Shown: positions 8,014 to 17,439, numbered from the stretch's first letter. The stretch is DNA of 47,968 bases from a virus (IMGVR_UViG_3300009528_000017:1-47968), one strand, 5' to 3'. Numbers and translations: made by a program. Notes: generated by a model not told the origin, from the sequence alone.

Positions 8014-8183
8014 TGGGACTACTTGATTATTACGGTGCGTTGGGTGGTATGGTTGGTGGTGGCCCCATAGACCCAGCCGGCCAGTCCGGCTACCAGCAAC
8101 AGCAAGCGCCGATGATGCCATATCAAGTCCAACAAATAGCAGCACAGCACGGCCTACCATGGGCTCCCTTCGGGAAGATTTGA
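8013..8183 (+). CDS. 56-aa Gly/Gln-rich hypothetical protein (not in ORF track)
   Basis: MGLLDYYGALGG...; TAATG coupling; AAGGGA RBS. Confidence 0.45.
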   Translation: MGLLDYYGALGGMVGGGPIDPAGQSGYQQQQAPMMPYQVQQIAAQHGLPWAPFGKI

Positions 8184-8281
8184 TATCCGACCGCGTAAGA
8201 AAGTTGAGAGTCGCACCCTATCGGTAACAGAAATAGGCAAGAATCAGGTACAAACGGCCGTAGAGGCAGTGAGGACGGCTA

Positions 8282-8536
8282 GTGGCTAAAGTGAGTGTAA
8301 TTGACTGTGCAATCAGGGACTTGCAGGAGCAAGTGTTAGCTGTTGAACAGAAGGTTGCTGACCTTCAAAGATTAGTAGGTCGGGTGCTTGACGTGTGCCA
8401 GTTGAAACCAGTACCGGAACTTTCTGATTCAGAGAAAGAGATATTGGCGATGTTGAGGAATCAACAGGATGAAGCAATTGCCGAAGTAATGGCGAATCAG
8501 AAGGTTGCGCCGACTGTTATGGTAAAGGAGTTTTAG
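8282..8536 (+). CDS. coiled-coil hypothetical protein
   Basis: GTG start with GAGGA RBS. Confidence 0.55.
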   Translation: MAKVSVIDCAIRDLQEQVLAVEQKVADLQRLVGRVLDVCQLKPVPELSDSEKEILAMLRNQQDEAIAEVMANQKVAPTVMVKEF

Positions 8537-8544
8537 GTTAGCTA

Positions 8545-8955
8545 ATGGCTGATAACGAAACAGAAAAGCCGAAAGAGAAGCACGCAGGGGGCAGGCCGAG
8601 AAGATACCCTACCCTCGAATTGATGCAAAAGGCGGTTGATGCGTACTTCGAGACGTGTATTGTGGCTAAAGTGCCAACGACAGTATGCGGGTTAGCCTTG
8701 GCATTAGGATTTGCTCAACGTAAGTCGTTATTTGATTACAAAGGGTATGGCGAGGAGTTTTGTAACATTATTAAAAAAGCAATAACCACAATAGAGGCAA
8801 ACTATGAGTCGATGTTGTCGCGTAGCACACAGGTCGCTGGTCCGATATTTGCGCTCAAGAATATGGGCTGGCGTGACCAGAAGGACGTAAATGTCGGTGG
8901 CTCAGTTACGTTGATACTCAAGGACGATGAGGACTGCAAAGATGAGGATAATTAA
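8545..8955 (+). CDS. terS: terminase small subunit (P22 gp3-like DNA-packaging protein)
   Basis: GGRPRRY...AVDAYF...PTTVCGLALALGF...IFALKNMGWRD signature. Confidence 0.85.
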   Translation: MADNETEKPKEKHAGGRPRRYPTLELMQKAVDAYFETCIVAKVPTTVCGLALALGFAQRKSLFDYKGYGEEFCNIIKKAITTIEANYESMLSRSTQVAGPIFALKNMGWRDQKDVNVGGSVTLILKDDEDCKDEDN

Positions 8956-9133
8956 GTGTGATTATTGCGGTGCTGAGATTGAAAACGGGGGACCGAAGCA
9001 TATTATTCCATCAGACAACGGATGGGCTGTAATTAAGGGCTTGAAGTTTAGTCGGGTGTGGGAGACGGACGTTTGCCCTCAATGCGTACCAAAGCCAATT
9101 GAAACGAATAGGGACGATAAAGATGATAGATAA
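8942..9133 (+). CDS. zinc-finger hypothetical protein
   Basis: CDYCG...DVCPQC. Confidence 0.6.
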   Translation: MRIIKCDYCGAEIENGGPKHIIPSDNGWAVIKGLKFSRVWETDVCPQCVPKPIETNRDDKDDR

Positions 9134-9380
9134 AGAAAGGGAATTAGTGTGTGTGGCGGCAGAATCAATGGAGTCATTAGACCGCGATATGAGCGATGTA
9201 GAAGATAAAGAAACTAACCGCATTTTGATAATTGAGCTGACCCTTAAGAACTTAAAGGAGCGCGTCGCGTTCCTTGAGGATGAAAGGTATGGCGATGCTA
9301 TGGCACAAGTTGGCCCTGATAGCTTAGAAAAGCGTGTCTCACGCCTCGAGGCTCAACACGATAAGGAATGTAAAGAATGA
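9123..9380 (+). CDS. coiled-coil hypothetical protein
   Basis: Heptad repeats; overlaps both neighbours. Confidence 0.55.
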   Translation: MIDKERELVCVAAESMESLDRDMSDVEDKETNRILIIELTLKNLKERVAFLEDERYGDAMAQVGPDSLEKRVSRLEAQHDKECKE

Positions 9381-9553
9381 CTAATTTAGAACAAATAGCG
9401 GAGATTTTACAAACAAATCTGCAAAGTATCACGGCCTTGAATGAAGCTATTGAACGGCTTAACGCTCGCTTATCAGCGCTTGAGGCCCGTACAGGCCTTC
9501 CTAAGCCCGTCAGTCTCGCCGATAGGCAGAGGGGGGGAGAAGACGCTGTATGA
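9377..9553 (+). CDS. 58-aa coiled-coil protein (not in ORF track)
   Basis: MTNLEQIAEIL...LSALEAR; ATGA overlaps at both ends. Confidence 0.6.
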   Translation: MTNLEQIAEILQTNLQSITALNEAIERLNARLSALEARTGLPKPVSLADRQRGGEDAV

Positions 9554-9852
9554 GACGTAGGAGCATATTGAAGGCATTGTTGATGAGTCCTTTGGGGTTG
9601 TTGTTGAGGGGTAAGAAGGCTGAGGCTTTGCCAAAGTTGTGTACTGGCTACAAGGGTGGCTATTATGGGCTGTTTAAGAGAGCAAAAGCCACGCCGATAC
9701 ATCGGTTTTGGTGTGACCACCCCTATAACCTGACTTGTGAGTTTTGGAGAGCACCAATTGGTGAGTGTGCATTGCCTTTAGGGAATTCTTGTAGTGGACG
9801 TACTAAAACGACCTACGCTAAACACAGTGACTTGCCGAGGAGTACACGATAA
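9550..9852 (+). CDS. hypothetical protein with twin-arginine-like signal peptide
   Basis: MRRRSILKALL...AEA. Confidence 0.55.
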   Translation: MRRRSILKALLMSPLGLLLRGKKAEALPKLCTGYKGGYYGLFKRAKATPIHRFWCDHPYNLTCEFWRAPIGECALPLGNSCSGRTKTTYAKHSDLPRSTR

Positions 9853-9937
9853 GTAAGATTTGAGAAGTGTAGTACCCCGCCGGGGCAATGAAAAAGTAAC
9901 CAATGGGGGTTTATAGGACAATTCAGGAGATTAGATT

Positions 9938-10219
9938 ATGGCGATTATATGTAGTGTAAAGCTAACTCAAATTAGCAAAGCCGAGGGCAAAGAGGTTGCC
10001 GAAGGTAGTTACCGTGTACGTGCTGAAATCACAGATGATACTCTACCGGCGGAAATACAGACCGAAATAGTGAACATTCTGTCTGCTAAGATAGACACGC
10101 CGGAGCGCAAAGAGGCTCTGTGGGAGAATATCTGGACGCACTACCAGGCGCAGAAAGCTGCTGTCGTTGACTTAGCGGACATTGAGGCAGCGGCCAAGAC
10201 GTATTTAGAGGGGAAATAG
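9938..10219 (+). CDS. hypothetical protein
   Basis: AGGAG RBS, 93 aa. Confidence 0.7.
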   Translation: MAIICSVKLTQISKAEGKEVAEGSYRVRAEITDDTLPAEIQTEIVNILSAKIDTPERKEALWENIWTHYQAQKAAVVDLADIEAAAKTYLEGK

Positions 10220-10241
10220 CTTAGAAAGGTAGGATAAAGCC

Positions 10242-10658
10242 ATCGCAGATACAGGTTATAATTGGGAGGCGAATTGGAGCGCGATAGATACAAGCCTTGA
10301 ACAGCAGGAAGGTGAGACGAATGCCGAGGATTATTCTGAGGTCATTGACTTGGACAACAAGGCCGCGTGTCTAATTAGTGTTAGCACCGTTTACGGGGAC
10401 CAGTCAAAGGCAACGCAAGGACTCGTTGTCGGCATCTGCCGTGATATAGACGGGACAAACTACGAGATTATTGTGGACAAGCCCTGGACGTTTGAGATGG
10501 AGTTTGTGCAAGATGGTACTCGTAAAAGGACGTTTTTCCTGAGTGCCGCTCAGTATCAGAAGTTCAAACTCCTACTTGATTGGAACAATACCACAACGGA
10601 TGCGATAGCAACTTCGACCACAAAGATTAAATACGCAACTATTCCGGCGGCTTCATAA
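10242..10658 (+). CDS. putative virion beta-sandwich protein; start uncertain (ATC at 10242 or TTG at 10350)
   Basis: Frame is open from 10233; purine-rich AAAGGTAGGA lies just before ATC-GCA-GAT-ACA; TAATG coupling to the next gene. Confidence 0.6.
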   Translation: MADTGYNWEANWSAIDTSLEQQEGETNAEDYSEVIDLDNKAACLISVSTVYGDQSKATQGLVVGICRDIDGTNYEIIVDKPWTFEMEFVQDGTRKRTFFLSAAQYQKFKLLLDWNNTTTDAIATSTTKIKYATIPAAS

Positions 10659-11494
10659 TGTGGCAGAAACCACCTTTAGGTGCACAAATTGAATACAAAG
10701 TACCAGGCCTTGTCGGCTGCTGGCTGATGAATGAACGCTCTAGTGGTAAGGTCTTTGACCTGAGCGGCCACGGAAACGATGGCACACACGCTGGGGTTAT
10801 TTGGCAACCTGGTCAATATGGGCCTTCTTGTTACTACGATGGCAGTAATGATAAAACAACAATCGCTGATGCTGATATTTTAAGTTTCGGTGATGGTGTT
10901 GCTGACTGTCCATTTTCTATTGTGCTGTCCGTGAAAAAGAGGACAGAAGCTTACGCCGTTGTCTTATCAAAAAGCGAAAACACAGCCGATGTAGAATATC
11001 TCATACGGATAAACGCAGATGAGCAAATAGGGTTCTTTCTTTATGATGACAGTTCTGCTGTTCATTTAGATATAACGTCCGCAGACGGCGCCGTCACAGT
11101 TGATGAGTGGACACACCTGGCATTTACCTATGATGGTTCGGGAAGCCAAAATGGGGCATATATTTATAAAAATGGTGCCGATGTAACGAGCACAAGAGGA
11201 ACGACTGGTACTTATACGGCTATGCACAATGAAGCCAGCCCTGTATATTTTGGCGTGTATATTCCATCCAGCGCCAGTGTCTTGTGGGGTAATATCAATC
11301 TTGAGTATGTCTCTTTTTTCAAATGTGTCCTCACTCCCTCTGAAATCACCCGACTGTACCGTGAGCCGTTCTGGATGTTCGAGCAAGAGCCAATAGAGTT
11401 GTGGGCGGCGGCAAGTGGCGCGGCTCCGGCGGGAATAAGTATGCCTCTTGTAATGCAGCAAATGAACCATTTTAGCGGAGGTATGGTTGCCTAA
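10658..11494 (+). CDS. LamG-like jellyroll (concanavalin A-like lectin/glucanase) domain protein
   Basis: GLVGCWLMNE...DLSGHGNDGT, WTHLAFTYDG, IYKNG, LTPSEITRLY. Confidence 0.85.
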   Translation: MWQKPPLGAQIEYKVPGLVGCWLMNERSSGKVFDLSGHGNDGTHAGVIWQPGQYGPSCYYDGSNDKTTIADADILSFGDGVADCPFSIVLSVKKRTEAYAVVLSKSENTADVEYLIRINADEQIGFFLYDDSSAVHLDITSADGAVTVDEWTHLAFTYDGSGSQNGAYIYKNGADVTSTRGTTGTYTAMHNEASPVYFGVYIPSSASVLWGNINLEYVSFFKCVLTPSEITRLYREPFWMFEQEPIELWAAASGAAPAGISMPLVMQQMNHFSGGMVA

Positions 11495-12120
11495 TGGGAA
11501 GACCGATTAAAAAAGGTTCCACAGACCAATCCACCGTTATTCGGATTATTGATAGCACTACGGGTCTGCCGGAAACGGTAGTTGAGCACAATACCTCTGG
11601 GATAGACCTTTGGTGGAGGCGTGAGAAAGAGACAAAAACAGCTATTACCGAGGCAGCTTTGGCGGCGCTCGATTCGGCTCATAGTGACGGAGGTATAGAG
11701 CACATTGGGGATGGCTATTACCGGCTTGATTTGCCTGATGCTGCTGTAGCCGCTGGCTCAGGAGAAAATAGCGTTCAGATTGGTGGTGCGGTTACAGGAA
11801 TGGTCGTTATTGGCAATGAGCACGCCTTAGTTGATTACGACCCCTATGATTCGGTTCGGGCGGGATTGACTGCTCTACCTAACGCTGCCGCTGATGCTGC
11901 TGGTGGCCTGCCGATAAGCGATGCGGGCGCATTAGATATTGATACCATTCTGGGCAGAATTACTGGGAATGTTGCTTTGGCTTCGGTGCTCGGAGCATTA
12001 GATGACGGCGCTGCTGAGGATGATGTAACTGAGGCCGATACTCTGATGCAGTATCTCAAGCAGTTGATTAACGCCTTAAACGCCTTCGACTTAATGACGT
12101 GGTTGGGGTTGGATAGATGA
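11494..12120 (+). CDS. putative virion or fibre-associated protein
   Basis: GYYRLDLPDAAVAAG and Ala/Gly-rich tail; coupled to the LamG gene. Confidence 0.6.
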   Translation: MGRPIKKGSTDQSTVIRIIDSTTGLPETVVEHNTSGIDLWWRREKETKTAITEAALAALDSAHSDGGIEHIGDGYYRLDLPDAAVAAGSGENSVQIGGAVTGMVVIGNEHALVDYDPYDSVRAGLTALPNAAADAAGGLPISDAGALDIDTILGRITGNVALASVLGALDDGAAEDDVTEADTLMQYLKQLINALNAFDLMTWLGLDR

Positions 12121-12311
12121 TAGCAAAAATATGGTGTAAATTATTTGGGCACAAGAAGCCGTGGCTGTTTTCGCGTGACGGGATGCGGTGTATTTGTGCT
12201 CGGTGCGGCTATAAGAATATTTCAATTAAGGGGCTACGTGAAGTTTTTGAGAACCCGCACCCTTTAGCCAAGTTAAGGAGTTTACAAGGGCCTTTTGAAT
12301 GGCTAACATAA
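12117..12311 (+). CDS. small Cys/His protein (C-x3-GH...C-x-RCG type)
   Basis: IWCKLFGHK...CARCG. Confidence 0.6.
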   Translation: MIAKIWCKLFGHKKPWLFSRDGMRCICARCGYKNISIKGLREVFENPHPLAKLRSLQGPFEWLT

Positions 12312-13750
12312 CCAAAGAAATTTCGAGGCGGCCCTACCAGAAGCGATTTATGCAGTCGAAGTCGCGGTATCCGGCTATGGTATCGGCGTGGGGTTCGGGC
12401 AAAACAATGTTCGTCTGCTGCCTGAAGCCGTTGGAGCAGTGCTCGAAATACCCTGGCAATCAGTGGCTTATTGTGAGGAAAGAGTTTGCTCGTCTTGAGG
12501 ATTCGACAATTCCTGATTTCGAGAGATATTCAGGCCTGAGGGTTGGCAGTGATAAGAATGTCCTGATAAGAAACGACAAGTGGCCAGCAGGCTCACCGCC
12601 TTCGGTTATAATGTTCCGGCACGGAGACCAGATAAACCAGGTCCAAGTCCTTCAGAATATGAACCTTGGCGGTTTTAGTATCGAGCAGGCAGAGGAGTTC
12701 GAGACCGACCAGGAGTTCCAGATGCTCCGAGGGCGCTTGAGACGTGCTGATGTCCCTCACTTTGGTTGTATAAGCGCCAATACCAAAGGCCACAACTGGA
12801 TTTATAAGATATGGAAAAAGAAGGATTTACCAGTCTTAACGGACGAGCTTCTAACGGAGCTTGTAGAGGATTCAGGCTTATCTGAGGACGAGATACGGGA
12901 TGCTTACAAGCCAGAGCACTATTTCTTATCTGAGGCGACCAGCTACGACAATAAGAGGAATTTGCCACTCGATTTCCTCCAGGACATTGCTCGATTGAAG
13001 GTCGAATCCCCGCACCATTACAATCGGTTCGTAATGAATTCGTGGGAAGATGTCGATGTCGAAGATAAGGTTATCCCGTACTCTCACATTATGAGGGCCA
13101 TTAGTAAGACGTTGGTTGAGCTTCGGCGGAAGACCCTTGTTGCTTGTGACCCGTGCGAATTTGGGGATGATGAGGGCGTGATATACGGTCTGCGGAACGG
13201 CGAGATTGTCGCTCACGACTTCTTCAAGGAGAAGGACGGTTCCCAAATAGCGGCCAAATGCCAGATAATGAGGAAGGAAATTAAGGGCCAGATAACGGTC
13301 CTTGACAATATCGGCATTGGGGCATCCACGCGAGATTTCCTAACTAAGATGACCGAGCCTCTTATGTTAGCTGATTCGAGGGTAACGACAGCGAAAAAGG
13401 ACAAGGTGGGATTAGGGTTCTTCAACCAACGGGCTGAGATGTGGTGGGCCGCGAAGGCGATGTTTGCCGAGAATCTCGTTTCTATCCCCGATGACCCGAA
13501 GCTAATCGAGGAGCTGGCGGCGGTATCCTTTGAGCTTACTGCCAGGGGCTACAAGGTCGAATCAAAGGAGCTTTTGAAGAAGGCCGATAGGTTGGGCCAT
13601 TCACCGAACCGTGCTGATTGTTTAGTTTACGGTTTGTGGGCTCTTGGCCGGATCGAGTACGACAGCGAGGCGATTTACCCCGATGATGACGGTAGTTATC
13701 CGGACGAGTCCGACACAGCAGACTCGTACAGTATGGAGACGGTGATATGA
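12299..13750 (+). CDS. terL: terminase large subunit
   Basis: Walker A WGSGKT, Walker B variant FSIEQAEE, RGRLR, nuclease motifs ACDP..FGDD, DNIGIG, N.RAEMWW, SPNRAD. Confidence 0.92.
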   Translation: MANITKEISRRPYQKRFMQSKSRYPAMVSAWGSGKTMFVCCLKPLEQCSKYPGNQWLIVRKEFARLEDSTIPDFERYSGLRVGSDKNVLIRNDKWPAGSPPSVIMFRHGDQINQVQVLQNMNLGGFSIEQAEEFETDQEFQMLRGRLRRADVPHFGCISANTKGHNWIYKIWKKKDLPVLTDELLTELVEDSGLSEDEIRDAYKPEHYFLSEATSYDNKRNLPLDFLQDIARLKVESPHHYNRFVMNSWEDVDVEDKVIPYSHIMRAISKTLVELRRKTLVACDPCEFGDDEGVIYGLRNGEIVAHDFFKEKDGSQIAAKCQIMRKEIKGQITVLDNIGIGASTRDFLTKMTEPLMLADSRVTTAKKDKVGLGFFNQRAEMWWAAKAMFAENLVSIPDDPKLIEELAAVSFELTARGYKVESKELLKKADRLGHSPNRADCLVYGLWALGRIEYDSEAIYPDDDGSYPDESDTADSYSMETVI

Positions 13751-13796
13751 GAACACCGTTTGATACTATGACAGGTGCTTTGAACGAAGTGTGATT

Positions 13797-14030
13797 ATGG
13801 CAAAGAAGAAACAGGAATGTAGCACTTGTGGGTACTGGGTTTTAGAATACGATTTAATTACGCGAAATCAGTTGCCTAAAGGAGACAAACTTCGTGGTCA
13901 ATGTTTAGCTGCTTTAGAGATTTGGGCTGAAGATTCTAAGTTAGCTGCAATGGTAACGGCCGATGGCAGTTGTTATATGGCAGTATTGCTGACAAAGCCT
14001 GACCATTACTGTAAGGAATATAAGTTATAA
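13797..14030 (+). CDS. four-Cys hypothetical protein
   Basis: CSTCGYW...GQC...HYCKEY. Confidence 0.6.
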   Translation: MAKKKQECSTCGYWVLEYDLITRNQLPKGDKLRGQCLAALEIWAEDSKLAAMVTADGSCYMAVLLTKPDHYCKEYKL

Positions 14031-15994
14031 TGGCAAAGAAAAAAGACGAAGTTAGCGGTACTTTCAAGGCCAGGCAGGAGGCCCTGCCGAAGTCTGACGA
14101 TGAAAAAGACTCCGAGGACGATGGCAGCCTTGAAGATGACAAGTACCTTATAGAGTACATTAAGAACTGCAAGAAAGAGGGCGAGCAGGCCTCAAAGGAC
14201 ATAAGGGAAGTTCAGCGTGAGCTTTGGCTTCTTTTTCAGAACAAAGAGGACTGGTCTAAGAAGAAGAAATGGCAGTCGAAGATATTCATTCCGAAGATAT
14301 TTATGGCCGTTATTCGCGCAGCAGCGCTTGTTAAGCGGGCGATACTCCAAACCAGCAAGCTCTTTTCGATGAAGATAAAGGACGAGGATATTTCTCCTCT
14401 GCGTGCCGAAATCAAGCAAATGAAGAAGAAGTTGGCGAAAGAGGCCAAGAACACCCCAGAGGGCGCACAGGCAACGCAAGAGCGGACACAAGGCCGGAAG
14501 GCCCTTGAGGGGATACTTGAGGCCTCTGAGGAGCGCCTGGAGAGTAAGGAGGAGCAGAGGGACGAGGACGATAGGCGATTCAAGGGTGAGTTGAAAAAGA
14601 GCAATTTCTCGAAGGCTTACGGCGAAATGATAACTTCCGCGATACTCTTAGGGATGGGGGACTTGAAGACCTTGTGGGATGATAGAAAAAAGAAACTAAC
14701 CTACGAGAACATTGACATTCTGAACCTTTATATCTCACCGGACTATATGCCGAGTGAGGACGAAGACCCTGAATATCTTATAGAGTACAAAGAGATGAGC
14801 CTCGCAAAACTCCGCAAGATGGCTGAGGCGGTGAACAAGGCGGCTGGCGATGATATTTTTGATATGGACGAAATTGAGAAAATCAAGGCAGGGCATATCA
14901 AGACTGAGGCTGCCGAGAAGGAGCGGCAGCGGCGGGGCCTTTCGCAATTCGGTCGGAGGTCTAAGAAGGTCGGTATCTTGGAGTTTTTTGGTAATGTAGA
15001 ATCCAAAGACGGCAAGACGGAGAAAGAGAACCAACTTATGGTGCTGGTCAACGAGAAGCACTTGATTCGCAACCAACCGAACCCAATGCCTAACGGCAAT
15101 TCCCCACACAACCTTACAGTTCCTATGGTCTATCCGCACCGAGGTATAGCTGGTGTGAGTCTTGTGTCCTCAGCTGTGCGATTGCAGTACACAGAAAATA
15201 ACGTCCTAAATATGGTTATCGATAACCTAAACTTCATCGTCAATCAGGTTAGGACATACGACCCCAATTTGCTTAAAAAGCCACAGGATGCCTTTTCTGT
15301 ATATCCTGGCAAGATGATTCCGGTCAATAGCGGGCCAGGGAAGGCGATTGATGTCGTAGAGACCAAACCGTTGGGTCAGGACGTTTGGAAGGCCCTTGAG
15401 GTTATCAATACGGAGACGCAGGAGGCGCACGCTATTACTGAGTTCATTACGGGCATGACCGGAAAGCGGCAGAAGACCCTCGGTGAGGTAGAGATAAAGA
15501 CGGCTGAATCTCACGGGCTATTTGACGTGATTGCCAGGGAGCTTGAGAATAATTCCGTACGTCCGGTCTTGTCCGATTCGTGGGACTTGTTAGTGGCCTT
15601 TTCTAAGGGGTTTAAGGGTTCGTATGAGTTCAACGTAGGCGGCTTGAGTCTCTTACTGCTCCAAAAAGACCAGGTTGACAAACTTATGCAAGCCCTGGCG
15701 ATTGCCTTGAAGGCCCAGCCGATTCTCGGCCCCGTAACGGATATTGACAACCTCTGGCAGCAAATCCTCAGCTTGTGGAATGTTACAGACGTCTTTAAGG
15801 AACGTGAGGAGGAGCCGGAAGTCGGCGTTTTGCAGCCAGGTATGCCACAATCAGGCGCGCCGCAGTCAGGTCAGCCTCAGTTGCAGCCAGGACAACCGCA
15901 AGGCCCAGCACCCGAACAGGTTGAGATGCAGGCGGCACAGGACGCCCGACAGTTTGTAGCACAAATGCCACCGGAAGAAATTATGAGAGCATAG
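14030..15994 (+). CDS. portal protein (podovirus/P22-like)
   Basis: 654 aa directly after terL; WQSKIFIP, VYPGKMIP, TLGEVEIK; Q/P/G-rich C-terminus. Confidence 0.85.
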   Translation: MAKKKDEVSGTFKARQEALPKSDDEKDSEDDGSLEDDKYLIEYIKNCKKEGEQASKDIREVQRELWLLFQNKEDWSKKKKWQSKIFIPKIFMAVIRAAALVKRAILQTSKLFSMKIKDEDISPLRAEIKQMKKKLAKEAKNTPEGAQATQERTQGRKALEGILEASEERLESKEEQRDEDDRRFKGELKKSNFSKAYGEMITSAILLGMGDLKTLWDDRKKKLTYENIDILNLYISPDYMPSEDEDPEYLIEYKEMSLAKLRKMAEAVNKAAGDDIFDMDEIEKIKAGHIKTEAAEKERQRRGLSQFGRRSKKVGILEFFGNVESKDGKTEKENQLMVLVNEKHLIRNQPNPMPNGNSPHNLTVPMVYPHRGIAGVSLVSSAVRLQYTENNVLNMVIDNLNFIVNQVRTYDPNLLKKPQDAFSVYPGKMIPVNSGPGKAIDVVETKPLGQDVWKALEVINTETQEAHAITEFITGMTGKRQKTLGEVEIKTAESHGLFDVIARELENNSVRPVLSDSWDLLVAFSKGFKGSYEFNVGGLSLLLLQKDQVDKLMQALAIALKAQPILGPVTDIDNLWQQILSLWNVTDVFKEREEEPEVGVLQPGMPQSGAPQSGQPQLQPGQPQGPAPEQVEMQAAQDARQFVAQMPPEEIMRA

Positions 15995-15995
15995 A

Positions 15996-16298
15996 ATGAA
16001 ACTACCCAGGACAGTATGCATTTACGGTAAAACCCGGAAGGTCGTAAGAAACCCGAAAAGTGGTGGTGGTTGGTTTGATGAGGAAGTAATTGAAATAGGA
16101 ACTAAATACAAAGCGCGTATCCCTGAGATTTTCATACACGAAGTAATTGAGCTTGTATTGGCAGAGAGTTGCTTACGGTATGCTACCGCGAACAACCCAA
16201 CTGAGAACGGAGATTATATTTTCGTATGTAACCATAAGGAATTTACGAATCTTGTCCCTCAAATAGCTTTGGCGTTAAAGGATGTCTTGAAGGAGTAA
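15996..16298 (+). CDS. metallopeptidase-like protein with degenerate HExxH (HEVIE)
   Basis: MKLPRTV.IYG N-terminus and FIHEVIE. Confidence 0.55.
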   Translation: MKLPRTVCIYGKTRKVVRNPKSGGGWFDEEVIEIGTKYKARIPEIFIHEVIELVLAESCLRYATANNPTENGDYIFVCNHKEFTNLVPQIALALKDVLKE

Positions 16299-16300
16299 TC

Positions 16301-16519
16301 GTGATATACCAACTACATCATCAGAGCAAAGTTGATGGGACTAAAACGGAGTTTTGTTCGCAGAAAGAAATTGAACCAGAGCCTAATCAGGGAGAGTTTA
16401 TGCAATGGTTTAATGATGTTACGGCGAGATTCCCTATTCCTGACGGGTTTCAGTGGCTTTGCTGCCTTGAAGATTCAGAGTATTTCATTAAGCAGGCCGT
16501 GGAAAAAGGAGTAACGTAA
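16301..16519 (+). CDS. hypothetical protein
   Basis: AAGGAG RBS, GTG start. Confidence 0.65.
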   Translation: MIYQLHHQSKVDGTKTEFCSQKEIEPEPNQGEFMQWFNDVTARFPIPDGFQWLCCLEDSEYFIKQAVEKGVT

Positions 16520-16520
16520 A

Positions 16521-16814
16521 ATGACTGGGCCAGGATGCCGTAAAAAAGGCAAGCGGCGCAAGCACACACCGTATATGTCAGAAAGTCAGGCTACGGCCGG
16601 CAATATCGCGCTTGCTGTCAAGAAGGGCAAGCTGCCGAAGTCTAAGCTCAAAGGGGCGTCAAAGTCGATGCACAAGGGTATGACCTTGCAGGAGCTTGAG
16701 AGCCACAGTGCAGAAGCCAAAGGCAAAAAGCTCCCGAAGAAGAAGGGCGTGGGCGCAGGATTCAGCAAGTACATCAAGGGCCGAAAGAGCAAGGCCGGAA
16801 AGAAGAAAAGATAA
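16521..16814 (+). CDS. highly basic DUF3008-like protein
   Basis: SESQATAGNIALAVKKGKLPKSKLKGASKSM...ELES resembles DUF3008; AAGGAG RBS. Confidence 0.65.
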   Translation: MTGPGCRKKGKRRKHTPYMSESQATAGNIALAVKKGKLPKSKLKGASKSMHKGMTLQELESHSAEAKGKKLPKKKGVGAGFSKYIKGRKSKAGKKKR

Positions 16815-17089
16815 TGGGTAAAGTATTAAGACCAGCGAAAAGAGGCAAAATACCGATATGTGTTGTTCGTGCAGCTATTAAAAAGGCGCACGATGCTGAC
16901 AGAGAAAGCCGGACATTCAGAATATACTATGTAGGCTCTCCGAGAGTTGCGTTAGACAAAGCTCTTACAAAAATAGCGGAGGAACAGGCTTACGACTTTC
17001 TTGGCAGTGGTTATAATTTCAAGACAAACATCCGTGATTTGGCATTTGAGAAACCGCAGGCTTGGGAAAAATTGGACAAAACAGCATAG
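16814..17089 (+). CDS. hypothetical protein
   Basis: TAATG coupling. Confidence 0.6.
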   Translation: MGKVLRPAKRGKIPICVVRAAIKKAHDADRESRTFRIYYVGSPRVALDKALTKIAEEQAYDFLGSGYNFKTNIRDLAFEKPQAWEKLDKTA

Positions 17090-17103
17090 TAAAGGAAAAG
17101 ATA

Positions 17104-17439
17104 ATGGCTATAATTGACTTGGACAAAGCATCTTATCCGTTCATACATCTCCAGGGCCAGCAACTTCCCTTTGATGAGACGGATGTTGGCAAGCCGGTCA
17201 GGATAACGGGTACAGTCCAACTAAAGAGTATAAAATATCAGGGATACAACTATGAGTTCGAGCTGACGCAGATTGAGTTTGAGGGCAGGGACATCGACAA
17301 GGGTACGGCAAAGGCTCGAAAGCGGAAGAAAGAGAAACGAATAAATATAGTAAGTAAACCTATTTTGGACGAGGGCGCGGCAATTCCCAAAAAGGAAGAA
17401 AAGTACAAACGTTGGTTAGACAGGAAGCCAAATGCCTGA
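17104..17439 (+). CDS. hypothetical protein
   Basis: AAGGA precedes ATG at 17104. Confidence 0.6.
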   Translation: MAIIDLDKASYPFIHLQGQQLPFDETDVGKPVRITGTVQLKSIKYQGYNYEFELTQIEFEGRDIDKGTAKARKRKKEKRINIVSKPILDEGAAIPKKEEKYKRWLDRKPNA

